48,994 nt of DNA from Priapulus caudatus (GCF_000485595.1 NW_014577088.1:1181391-1230384), one strand, 5' to 3'; counted from the stretch's first letter, positions 1 to 11,767 are shown. Numbers and translations: made by a program. The notes: a model not told the origin generated them from the sequence alone.

Positions 1-5
1 TGGTT

Positions 6-596
6 TCAACTTGTCATAACCATCGACAATGTGCCAGATGTAATTGGGCTATTTCGCAAAGTAGGCACGTCTGACAAGAGACTTGTTAGTATCAATCGTA
101 CATCATCGTTTCTTACACGAATGCCACTTTGTTGACATTTAGCATACATCCTACGATACCCGTGTAAATGGCCCGAACCCTGTAACTGACTCTGGATGAA
201 TTGTACCACATCGTCCACACGGCTGTATCTTCTACGGTGAAGATTAGCTGCACTTAATATCCGTTTAAGGTGCATTTTACTTAAAAGTATGTCGTGGTGA
301 TGACCTAGTATGAGCAGTATATCTTTGTATGCCATTCCAAGATCAAAATACATTTTTATTAAGAAATTTCGGTCACTAACGGAAGACATTTTAACCCTTT
401 CGCGTGGTAAGGAGATGCATTAATTGTTGTTATCTTGTATGTTGTCTTGTTGTTTGTTATTGTGGGAACGAGATAACATCTCGAGGGAACGATATAATAT
501 CTCGTGGGAACGAGATATAGTATTTCGAAGGAACGAGATATCTCGTGGGAACGAGATAAAAAAAGATTTTCCCATGTCCCTTCCCGGGCTCCGTTA
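6..596 (-). mobile_element. IS3EU-like DNA transposon 5' end with truncated transposase N-terminus (ORF 389->6)
   Basis: ORF MSS..IKMYFDLGMAYKDILLIL..LKRIL..GSGHLHGYRRM..GIRVRNDDVRLIL resembles the HTH region preceding the integrase core of eukaryotic IS3-like transposases, and similarity is lost after ILTSL. The minus-strand terminus reads TAACGGAGCCCGGGAAGGGACATG, followed by subterminal repeats. Family assignment is from recall of motifs. Confidence 0.6.
462..558. repeat. Subterminal array of about 5 palindromic units ATCTCG(T/A)GGGAACGAGAT
   Basis: Units are visible directly, 40-130 bp inside the putative transposon terminus. Confidence 0.85.
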
Positions 597-712
597 GATA
601 CTACAGTACATTAGCAGAATATGTTACTAAAGCATTTCACAGCACAACTACACTGCTAGTCCTCGAAACCAGTAGCTTATCACTATATTCACAAAACTCA
701 TCGGTAGCTCAC

Positions 713-3700
713 CCATAGTGGCATGATATGAAGTTTTACACAGAGGAGAGTATGGAGGCTCGACCAGATGTCCAGCTCCAGGATACACGCACATCTCGTG
801 GTTATCCCTGCCGTGCCGGAGCATTCTCTCCGTGGAAGCAGTGTTCTCCTTCACTCCCATGACAGCCTTGTCGTCTTCGGAAATAACGAACAGGATCTGT
901 GCCGGTGCGTGCTCCAACTGTGGAATAGGTATAGTACGCATATGGGGGACACGAACGCATTGATAAAATTGTGCGCATGCCACAATACAAGCACACATGC
1001 TCTATCTACTTGTCTTACACATAATTATACCGTATCTGTGGCAAACCCGATATGGAGCGGCAGAGCTATTTCAACCCACTTACCATTTAACTGTAAATCA
1101 CCATGTAATGACGCGAAACGTAAACTGCAATGTAATATTCAATCTTACAGCTATCAATTGGTCAGCATGGAAATCCTGAGCGTATTCTGCATATGTTACA
1201 CCCTCTGGGTGATGAATGTGTACGTCCTGGCTCCTGCAACATAAAATTTATGTCCAGACCTAAACTCTTCAAGAATCCACTAATTGAAGGTCCAGGAACA
1301 ATATTTGGTCGGTATAACACATTTCCCACTGACGGCGAAATAGCTTTTTGGGCCACGCCCTTTTCGAGCGAAGTACTGCCATCCACCATGACTGTATCTA
1401 CAGAACCTTTGGACCTAGGAGGTTACCGACCACTCAAAATGTGCGCAATGGCCACATTATGGGAGGTCAGTAATACATTTTCATTTCCAAAAGTCAATGG
1501 TTTTTAAGATAATTGCCAAAAACCGATTTCAGCATGTTTACTACATTTACGATACATTGCCGATTACTACATTTATTTGGATTTCTACACTTTTTGCCTT
1601 TACTACAGCCACAAAACGTCACACATTTTATGTTCCTTTCTCTGCAAGAGCACGTTTTGGTACTCATACATGATGTTGGCCATTTGCATGGAGGGGGCAG
1701 GTCATCGGGCCTGCACGATACTGGCAGTACCACTGGTGTTATGCCAACATCCGTTGCTTCATATCCATACTGGAGTGGATCTGGTTTGGTGACTGCAGGG
1801 GTTGAGGCTTGCAACCACATCTTACACTGCAGATATGCTAGTTTTATGTGTTCTCGTAGCGTTGATGAACAGCACACACGCTGGTTGAAGTCCAGTTCTT
1901 TCTTGGAGTTGTGGTACTGCTCCCATCGATATTCATCGAAAGTGGAACAGTCTGTCTTCTTTAATCCAGACACAAGGAACTTTTCAGCATTGCTTGTTAT
2001 CTGTGGTAACAGTTCTTCTACACCAAACCCTTCCAGTAGGGAGAGATCCATGGATGCTTTCAGGCCAGACAGCTTTGGACCCACCTTACTGGTACTGTCG
2101 CAACCGCTAAGAGCATGAATGGCTGGGAGACACGACACCAAACCGTTGTCCAGTTGATCAACCAACAGGTGGACTGGTAGTTTTCTTTGTTGTCCGGTTA
2201 CCAAGCTTCACGTACAGCTTTTGTAGTTGTCAGGTTTTGTTGAAGTGGAAGATAAGGTTGACAAAGACATCTGTGTCAGGTGAGTCAACCAAGACTGATT
2301 GAACCCCGTGTTTCACAACACCATCATTAATATGCAACATGATTCTGTCGTCGGCTTCTTCTTGGTTGCTTGAGAGCTCTGCGATCTGTGTTTCAGTGCC
2401 AGCTAACAATTTCCTGCATTCACCCCCATATACCTCCAAAGAAGATCTCCTTGTCCGACTCGACATTCTGCAGCATCCATTTAAAGACATACTCCTGCAA
2501 CCGAACTTTGTTCAACATTGGGCTCCAGAACATATCAAGATCGACAAGGAGTTTCTGATTGTCAGACCTAATGGTGATAGTGATTTGTTTTGAAGAACTT
2601 CTCTGTGCCCGTTCCATTTGCTTAATTGATGATTTTTGATAAACATAAAAAATAATGTCTATTGGACTCGGAGCTTGTAGCAAGAATGCTATTGGAAAGA
2701 CTCTCAGCCAATTCCCCGAATGTGTGAAGGCCCATCTTTTTCATCAGTAGTTTACGCACAAGTGACATGAAGTCCACTATTGTCATTTGAGCGTCACTCT
2801 TTACATTCCTCGTCTCCTGTGGAAGTTGACTGACAAGTTCTCTGGCAATGGAGGCTTTATCGGGCTTCTTCAATTTGATGCCATCTTTACATTCAGTGGT
2901 GAAGAACTGGGATGTGCTGGTCAATTCATACTTCAGGAGTTCTGGCATGCTGTACCCTCTTTCTCTAGCATAGTCAATGTACCTAATCGTTTCTGCAGCA
3001 TCCTTTTTCGCCATCGATTTCTTCGCTGTGGACGGAGTAGAAGTACGTTTCACGAAAACAGTCTTGCGGTTGGTAGGGATTGTACCATGTAGGTGCTTCT
3101 CCTTATCCTGAAATCTTGTTTCAACAAACTCTTGATAACTCTTCTCACCAATTTCCAGGCATTCAAGTAATCCGTCAACAACCTCCTGGGGTATGTCAGC
3201 TCTAGTAGAGATGTTCTGAAGTCTGATTCCAGCGCCGAACGGATTGTTGATGGATTTTATGAAATCCAGAAGCGTATTCGCACGAACATGGCCAATCTTC
3301 GTAGAACTTGGATTGAACTCATGACTGAGACGTAGCACCATCTATTGAGGAATAGCTTTTGTTTGAGCCAGAACCATCTCCCAGACGTGGTGATTCTGAA
3401 TATGCTCATACGGCGGCAGTCAAGAGACGCAGTGTAATTCCCACGCATGTGATGTTTGTCTATATTCAGGCCGGTACGGGAGATTACGGTACGCATATAT
3501 TTGCTAATATATTGACTAATCGCGCGTCAATAAACTCAATATTCACAGTGAGTATAGCTAAGACATGTGTCTATAGGTATCTAGAATAAATTATGCAAAT
3601 GATCTCCCGTACCGGCTTGAATTCATATACTCTCTGTGAATATTGAGTTTATTGACGCACGATTAGTCAATATAGCAAATATATGCGCGCGGAAGTGAAT

Positions 3701-6403
3701 TACAGATGATTAAATTTCTAAAATTCTAGATTCTAAGAGATTCTAAAGATTCTAAAAGATTCTAAAATTCTAAATTTCTAAAATTCTAAAATTCTAAATT
3801 CTAAAATTCTAAAATTCTAGATAAAATTCTAAAATTCTAAGATTCTACTACTCTCTGTGAATATTGAGTTTATTGACGCACGATTAGTCAATATATTAGC
3901 AAATATATTCGTACCGTAATCTCCCGTACCGGCCTGAATATAGACACTCCCTATGTGATGTGGATCTGCTGTACGCACTGCCATCTATTGACGAATAGCA
4001 TTTTTTTCGAATTTTTGACTTAATACTTAATACTTTAACTTTTTTAAATTTTTTTCTCAGCCAGAACCATCTCCCAGACGTGGTGATTCTGAATATATCT
4101 TCAGTTAGCGCGATTGAGTGACAAATCAGGGCGAAAAGCGAGGACAAACAAACACACACACACACAAGATTAGCCAAATTATAGTATAGATAACAACGTC
4201 CATGCACTGAGCATTTCATATGAAGCACCGAGTTTAATATTCCAATAAAGTACATTCCATTCGCAAATTAAAATTTCAAAACCAACTAATAACACTGGCA
4301 CATAAAAAGAAAACGTTCACATTTTAAAGAAATTGTCATATTAATCACACCCCTTATAGGAATGACATAGAAAACAAAACGTAGACTACTTCTTTTTTTC
4401 TCTCTGATTTGCTCTCTCTCCCTCTCTCTCTCTCTTTTTCGCTCTCGCTCGTTCTATTATCTCTCGCACTCATCTCTCACACACCACGCACGCACGCACG
4501 CCCGCACATATTTTAATTCATTTCAATAAAAATGAAAGGCAATTAAATTATATGCGTGCATGCGCGCGAGTGTGTGTGTGCGTGCGTACGTGTGTGTGTG
4601 ATGTATTATATGTATTATACGTATTATATGTATTATACGTATTATACGTATTATACGTATTATACGTAATTGTAAACGTATTTGTCATTATACGCTCCTG
4701 AATATATGTATATATATATTATTAATTTAGTTATTTATTTATATAGCTTCCTCATCTGCTAAATACATATTTGTCAACGGGAGGTAATCGCAATATGTTC
4801 TATTTTTTACGAAAATGCCGTGTTTGGTGTTTTAGTAGTATCAAAATCTACTATGCAGATTCCATATGATATGTAGTGATCCCATATTTATTTTCTAGCA
4901 GTTAAGCAGAAACTAAATAACATTTTCGAAGTGTGGAAGCGAATAAAGACTTACAAATCTGGCATTCTGCTATTAGCGAAGCTTTCGCCTCCATATTTTA
5001 TATACTGACTATGAATGCTGTTTCCGTTGATGCAGACCACAGCTTTCAACTGTAAAAATTAAAGCTCTTTGTCAATTAACTGGCAGTCCTAATCGGCAAC
5101 GTCTAAACTAGACTCAACATAAAAATTTACGACATGCAGGATTTCACTTCTCATAAATATCCTCACTAAGTATATATAAGTAAATAATACCATAACCCTC
5201 TTTTTAAGCATGAACACGTCATATCCTCACCTTATGTTTGTTTCTCATGTAGGAAGCCATACACAATACAATCTCCCCGCCAAGAGAAACTCCCATTGCA
5301 CCTACTCCATGAGGAAGAACCTGTGGATGACTACTGAACCAGTCAACAGCCTCCTACGAAATGATATTGATCTAAGTGATCTGCAGAGACAATACTTTGG
5401 ATACAATGAAGAGACGTACGACGTGAGCAACTGGTAATATGTGTTATGCTCAATTAATACCTCGAAGTACTCTAGATGGATGTCGTCCAATCTTTTAGGC
5501 AGATCCTTGTAGTATATGTATGGAAGGCACAACGTTGCGAAGCCTCTTGAAGCAAGCAGAGCCGATCTGAATGTCACAATGTTGCCCCCAGATCCGAACA
5601 TGTCTATGACACCAAGGAATGGCCCGGGACCTGGAAGAGCACAGTGATAATTTAGTATCGCTTGCAAATTATCTGAAAGTATTAAATGAGAAAATGAATA
5701 CTATACCCAAAGAGTGCTGATATCATTAATAATGATAGCTTAAATTTAGTAATAGAATAATCGGAGGTAAGCGTTAACCTTCGGGTAGAAACAGCCTCCC
5801 TCGTATGTTTCCATGCTCTATCTCCTGCACTGTTACTCCGTCTGCCAGATACGACCTTTGAAGAGAAGTGCACGCCAGTAAAGTTGCCGGATGGTGGGTG
5901 TCTGCTATATGGTGGATCCCATCATAAACCTTAAGGTCAAACGTCAGCGGAGTTGTGACATCTTTCTTTATCAACCTGAGACCCTTTCTTTGCCCAATGA
6001 TTGGAATCAGGCTGCAGAATAAACCCATTGGCATCACATCTAGAATGGGGGAAAACATCATTCACGTCTCATTTACACAGTATTATTTTGGACTATCATA
6101 TGAGATATATCTCTCGAATATCAGCAACAGTAACTTATCATAGCACAGAATGTCGCTTCAATTACCAGTTTACATGTTAAATATCGCACCTGTGTACGAT
6201 CCACCCATAGAGGGATGCAGACTGAGATCCACCACACCATTCCCATCTGCGTTGAAATGTGCATAAGAACCAAATTTAAATTTGCCCTCCTGCAGGTATG
6301 CTCCAACGGTGACTTGCTGATTGGGGTTCAAGTGGTTGACCACAATCTTGACCACATCGTCTACAAGAGCCTTCCGTGGAATAGCCTGAACAATGGGCTT
6401 CAT
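713..6403 (-). CDS. Type I acyl-CoA thioesterase / BAAT-like gene, copy A' (coding exons 1-7; last exon not in window)
   Basis: GT-AG exons 6403-6190, 6039-5779, 5630-5461, 5353-5231, 5049-4955, 1233-1149 and 917-713 join in frame. Motifs: N-terminal domain (AHFNADGNGVVDL, PMGLF), RGRLFLPEGPGPFLGVIDMFG, nucleophile GVSLGG, Asp in SEDD, His in YPGAGHLVEPPY. Confidence 0.9.
1250..3400 (-). mobile_element. AcademX-like DNA transposon remnant (XPG-type nuclease domain plus C-terminal Cys-rich finger), frameshifted, in ACOT intron 5
   Basis: Consecutive minus-strand ORF pieces 3341-2622, 2683-2420, 2490-2230 and 2204-1494 carry QEEADDRIMLH, VDSPDTDVFV, HALSGCDSTS (FEN/XPG-like) and CK...CSCRERNIKCVTFCGC...CRN. 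This matches the XPG + Cys8 architecture described for Academ. Boundaries are approximate. Confidence 0.65.
3457..3946. repeat. Fold-back: about 98-bp inverted arms (3457-3554 / 3849-3946) around a partial third arm and an (AAAATTCT)n array
   Basis: TGTCTATATTCAGGCCGGTACGGGAGATTACGG... is mirrored by ...CCGTAATCTCCCGTACCGGCCTGAATATAGACA. The tandem array lies at about 3710-3846. Confidence 0.85.
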
Positions 6404-6504
6404 TTTTCTCTAGCAAACAAACAGAAACGGAAGAAAATTTAAGCGCTGTCTGTTCGGAAAGCAAACAATGCAACAATCTAATAATTTACTAGCTATGTAT
6501 TCAT

Positions 6505-6610
6505 TAGATACAATAATGTAACCCAAACCCAAGAGGATAGTATAGAATATAGAGTATAGAGTATAGAGGAAACCCTATCCTCTTGGGTTTCGGTTAAATT
6601 ATTGTATCTA
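6505..6610. mobile_element. 106-bp MITE with about 36-bp TIRs and 9-bp TSD
   Basis: TAGATACAATAAT...AAACCCAAGAGGATAG / CTATCCTCTTGGGTTT...ATTATTGTATCTA. TGTATTCAT is duplicated at 6496-6504 and 6611-6619, and the paralogous site near 45918 is empty. Confidence 0.85.
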
Positions 6611-7387
6611 TGTATTCATGCGCACGCAGATTAGATCCGGATACGTCTAATAATTTACTATAGATCTACTAGATAGATTGATGAGGAGATTAGAACTGGA
6701 TACGTGTAATCTGATACGTATAATGGATGGAGATAAGAACAAGTCATAATTACTTTAATATTCAGGCAACAAAAAAGTTAAGCGTCATTCGCTAAACGTA
6801 ATATATTTAGCAGTATTTAAATAAAAAAACCAAACAGGTACGTAAATATTTTAAACGGTTCTTTATTAATAACTAGCAGAAAGTATACCCGTAGAACCAG
6901 CAAATGTTGTCTTTAAATATAAACTCCATGTAAGTGACACAGATAAAGTTAAATATTTCATGTAACTGAAAAGAAAACCACTGCACTGGGTACAACAGAA
7001 CACTGGCATGTTGCAGCGGAGCATTTGGACGAGATTTACAGGAGAAATTATCGGCAATAATAGGCAAAAGAGATAAGAGAAACATTAAACTTTAGTAGAA
7101 AATAGATTACGCGTTTATTTGCCATAATTTTAACATTGAAGCGTTCCAAGTGTCTGTGCTCGAAGCAGGTATATAGCATACTGTTCAGGCAGATTCACAC
7201 CCGCCACCGCAACCTAACGTTAAAGAAATCGAGTCACGCACGATATTAGTTCGCTGCCCCTTTGACCATGGTGACGGTGATATTGCCAGAGAGTTTCATA
7301 TTTGAAGTAGGTTAACTGGTCAACTACCTATATACACACCATTACCACTACACATAACTAATGCTATTACACATACGTTCCATTACC

Positions 7388-7694
7388 AACTAGAGCACTC
7401 GGAAAGCACAGACCTCCGCCAAGGCAGCTAAATTCTCTCAATGTGAAAATTAAGTGGAAAAATTAATTAATTAATTAATTAATTAAATAATTAATTGGAT
7501 CCGGATTAGTGCGAGCGTGCAGGTGGGAGAGGGCTGTGGTTGCCCCTTAGCCTGTGGTTGCGTGTTTGTAAGTCTACAGCCAGCGCACCTAGCGGAAGTG
7601 AACTGAAACGTGCATGGTAACACACAAACACACAAACCAACACTCAAAAACTCGCCAGTGAAAACATAACCCCTGCCATGCCCCTGGCGGAGGT
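7388..7694. mobile_element. Non-autonomous Helentron/DINE-like element
   Basis: Starts ACTAGAGCACTCGG, with subterminal inverted repeats ACCTCCGCCA / TGGCGGAGGT. It is absent from the homologous site at about 25825. Confidence 0.55.
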
Positions 7695-7945
7695 AATTAC
7701 CCAGTACACCTCTGATACGGCAGGATCAGTCAAACTTATAGCTATATATAATTGTAAATAACCCTAACGTAATTTTTTGGTCACTTATCCGTGAAAGCCT
7801 TGTTTCAGACCCACCCCTACCAAACAATGTCGACGTCGACCAAGAGCTGCGCATGTCACTCATCATTACACAACGAGTCATGAAATATTGCCCCCCCCAG
7901 GAATTTGCTCAGCCTACGGCCCTGGTTGGATTGGTATGTAAGTAG

Positions 7946-8348
7946 TGTAGGATTGCGCACGCTCCCGCAGAGAGTAAATATATCGCCTCACACTATTCCC
8001 CAAATGCAATCACTAGAAACAACACACCTCTTCGCCCCAAGTGTTAAATAATAATAGAACGCCGCAAGTAATCACACTACACCACGCCCTTAGCCTCCGA
8101 GTACACTAATGACTCATGGGCCGATCTGCCATGGTTATTCCCTAGGTAACAACTCAGCTCTCATCTCTTCCGCAGAACGGTCCAGGTTTCCCCGCGCTCC
8201 TGATCCTATTCCTTCTATACTCCTCCTTGCCACCTTCCCCGCCTACCTCCTACCTTCCACCATCACCCCTGCCGAGCTACTTCGCGATCCACGTCTTACG
8301 GTACGAGGTTACTGATATTCGGTTACGATTCTATGTGTATGTAGTCAT
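7946..8348 (+). mobile_element. Gypsy 5' LTR, first about 400 bp, truncated and fused to ACOT exon 3
   Basis: Begins TGTAGGA after flank ...GGTATGTAAGTAG and matches the first part of the full LTR at 35272-35856. Confidence 0.85.
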
Positions 8349-9328
8349 ACTTAGGCAGATCTTTGTAGTGCAGGTATGGAAGAGCCAACGTTGCAAACCC
8401 CCTAGAAGCGAGCAGGGCAGACCTGAATGTTATGATATTACCCATAGTTCCGAACATGTCTATGACACCAGGAAATGGTCCGGCACCTGAAATCACACAG
8501 TGGCCGTTAATTAAGTCTGGATAGTCAGTTATACTTACCCATATATGTAGTACCGTGAATTCTGCAAGTATATAAAGACGACAGCGTTGCAGTGAAATAA
8601 TTACGTGTTGCCCTTATACCTTTTGGCAAAAACAGCTTTCCTCGTATGTTTCCTTGCTCTACCTCTTGCACGGTCACACCCTCTGCTAAATACGACCTTT
8701 CAACTGAACCACAAGACATCAAAGGTGTAGTGTGGCGAGTGCCTGTTACATGATGAACCCCATCATAAACTCCAATGTCAAACGTCATTGCAGTTGTGAC
8801 ATCTTTCTTTATTAATCTAAGCCCCTTCTTCTGGCCGGGGACTGGAAGCATGCTGCAGAATAGGCCCATTGGCATTACGCCTGGAATGTAAAAATTAAAA
8901 GGTGAGTGTGACACTTTAGTGATTTAGTTCGTTTAGCTTGGATGACATGACAGCCATTGTTATATGTCTCATTACTAATTAATGCACTCGAAAATGTTTG
9001 CTTTTTGCGCAACATAAATACAGCAACAACGTTCCACACATCATACCTGTGTACGATCCACTCAGAGAAGGATGAACGCCAAGGTCCACCACACCATTCC
9101 TGTCCGCCTCAAAATTCGCATAGGAATAAAATCTTTTTTTGTCTTCCTCTAACTGGGTTATAATCGTCACCTTTTGACGAGGCATTAACTTGTTGACAAC
9201 AATCTTGATCACTTCATCTACAAGCACTCTCCGAGGAATTACACTCAACGTCATTGTATCATATAGGTCTCGAATAATTGTATGTGTAGTAAATATCCTC
9301 ACATCACATGACGGTGATTGAAACGACC
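8349..9328 (-). pseudogene. ACOT/BAAT-like paralog B, exons 1-3 (exon 3 truncated by LTR sequence)
   Basis: Exons about 9328-9047 (MTLSVIPRRVLVDE...SGSYT), 8880-8620 and 8486-8349 ([13 protein letters not shown]...YKDLPK), then LTR sequence and a stop. Confidence 0.8.
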
Positions 9329-9419
9329 CTGGCAGAATAGAAGAAACAGAAGAAAATCGAGCCAGATACTGACGGGTTTCTGAGGCCCTATGCTCCACAA
9401 AGAGCCACAATTAAATGCC

Positions 9420-9476
<57 letters not shown>

Positions 9477-9776
9477 CATTTCTACATGAGGCGCCAATGA
9501 AATATTTAATTATAATTAATGTGGGTTGGCTGCATTATCTCATCGCCGTCCCTACACCATATCTTGTTCTCACTATTCAGTGAAAGAAAATAATATTATA
9601 GGTGAAAGTGCAATAATTTTAATAAATAAATATAGTATATTAAGCTTTAGCATAATCGCTCTAACAAAGCAAAACAATAGCTCTATAGTATCTTTCGCTG
9701 CACGATGCAACTTAATGAGCGAGGTTCTTTCATTCTCTATAATTATGTTACAACGTCAGATATATATATATATAAC

Positions 9777-11248
9777 CAGGGACGGCGCCAGGGTATTTTT
9801 CTTAGGAGGGGCGAAACCAGGGCCGTGTAGAGATCACGGGATTTTTTTTAAATTAGACCCCTCAGATCCGTTTTCTGCGCCAAGTAGGGAGGGTCCGGAC
9901 CCCTGGACCCCCTGTACACGCCCCTGAGAACTGTAGACTCTGATACCGTGTGCCGCTTGTACTGACGAGTGGGGTCCAGGGGTAGATTCATGATTCATCA
10001 GCTGCGTACGCAAAATATTTTTCGTAAATCTTGTGTACGCAATCGACGTTGCTTAGTTGCGATTCATCAACACAGCTATTTAGTAATTTTCGTACGATTT
10101 CGCGTACGCAAGCGAGGCCATTTAGGTGCAATTCATCAAGCTAAAATTTACGTAAACCTTTGCGTAACTTTACACGAGCTGACGAGGTGCCGTAAACCAC
10201 TCGAAATTTGCACAGCGTGTTCCAGCATACCGCAGCATGCATTATTTTATTGAGAAAACATTATAAAGATTACTACTCAACTAAAAATAAAATAAATAAT
10301 TACCATACTACACAGACAGGTGGCGCCTTTGACGCTTTTTTTGTCATAAGCTTGGCATTGTTTTCGTTATAAGCGAGTTCGTAGTTAGCCGTGTACGTGC
10401 ACACGCCGTCGCGCACTTGTACGTGCACACGCACGCACTTGTACGTGCCACACAGCACGCACGTGTACGTACACACGCACGCACGCACGCCCGCTGTACG
10501 TACACGCAAGCACGCACGTGTACGTGCACACGCACGCACGTGATGTGCACACACACGCACGCACGCACGTGTACGTGCACACGCACGCACGCACGCCGTA
10601 CGTGTCGCTGCTTTCATCGAGTGTTGAACACAATCATACAAACGAAATGAGGAGGTGCTACGCTGCGGTTGATGAATCGCACCTACGCAGCTTGGCGTAC
10701 GTACTTCGTAGGAACTCTGTGTACGCAATACACTTTGCGCAACGTTGATGAATCCAGCCCCAGGGCCGCCTTAGTGCCCCTGGCAGGGCGGTCCCGGGAA
10801 GCTCTCAGAGTTTAGCTAATCAAAGCCCTCAATTGCTGACAAAAAAATTGTGCAGGGAACCAGGAGCAACATATACCAAGGAGATGAAACCCCGGGGGGG
10901 GACTCACCCCACATTATGGTAGGTATATCTGGTATGTGCCACTGCGAAGTTAAAAATGGGGGGGGGGGGGCTCTAGAACTAACTCAGACCTGAAATGGGA
11001 TAGTCTCTGGAACTAATGTTTGTTGAATGTGGAACGGCTATGTTCGAAAATGGGGTCTCCGGAACTACTAGGATTTCGTTGAAATTCAATGCTATGAAAC
11101 TGGACACGTTTAAAAGAGGGGGTCTCCGGAACTGTGGGGGGAACAGTGATTTGCTTTAAAATCTATGTTGTAGCACTTGAACCAATAATTGTTGTATTAT
11201 GTAGAGGAGAAGAAAAACTGACCGGAGAGATGAACGCGCGCACACGCA

Positions 11249-11279
<31 letters not shown>

Positions 11280-11517
11280 GTGCGCATACACACACTAACT
11301 AAAACTAGACAGAGGGCACTCACGGAGAAAGCCCATTACCTCGCCAGCGACATACGCGCATACGCATACGACTCACAAACACACGAATAACCCACGATAT
11401 ACGCCAGCGTACATGTATGCTCGCTCGCTGCTCAGTCAGCAGCAGCCGGCTGTGGCTGGCTCGCTCGCTGACGCGCTAATATCGATCGCGTCACACACAC
11501 ACACACACACACAACAC

Positions 11518-11558
<41 letters not shown>

Positions 11559-11767
11559 CACAACACACACACACACACACCACACACACACACATTTGCA
11601 AGATGTTTCTTTTCTTTTCTTCTTCTTCTTCTCTTCTTGTCTTTGTCTTTTCTTTTTCTTTTTCTTTTTCTTTTCTTTTCTTCTTTCTTCTTCTTTTCTT
11701 TTTTTCTTTTCTTGCAAATGATAGGGGGGGCGACCGCCCCCCTGCCCCCCCTGTGGGCGCCGCCCTG
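9777..11767. mobile_element. Composite non-autonomous hAT-like element with nested MITEs and microsatellites
   Basis: TIRs CAGGGACGGCGCC / GGCGCCGCCCTG with 8-bp TSD TATATAAC / GATATAAC. The homologous intron near 48448 is empty. Confidence 0.75.
9980..10760. mobile_element. PIF/Harbinger-like MITE containing a (GCAC/GTAC) low-complexity array
   Basis: TIRs GGGTAGATTCAT / ATGAATCCAGCCC with 3-bp TSD CAG on both sides. Confidence 0.65.

Noticed and set aside
462..558. Palindromic repeats resembling a CRISPR array
   Set aside because: Spacers are only 0-6 nt, the context is eukaryotic, there are no cas genes, and the position fits transposon subterminal repeats.
1494..2490. Host FEN1/XPG or tesmin gene
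   Set aside because: It is intronless, frameshifted and intronic, and the domain combination fits an Academ transposon.
1193..3092. Plus-strand ORFs 1193-1507, 1513-2118, 2339-2593 and 2787-3092
   Set aside because: They are antisense shadows of the transposon remnant with no recognisable motifs.
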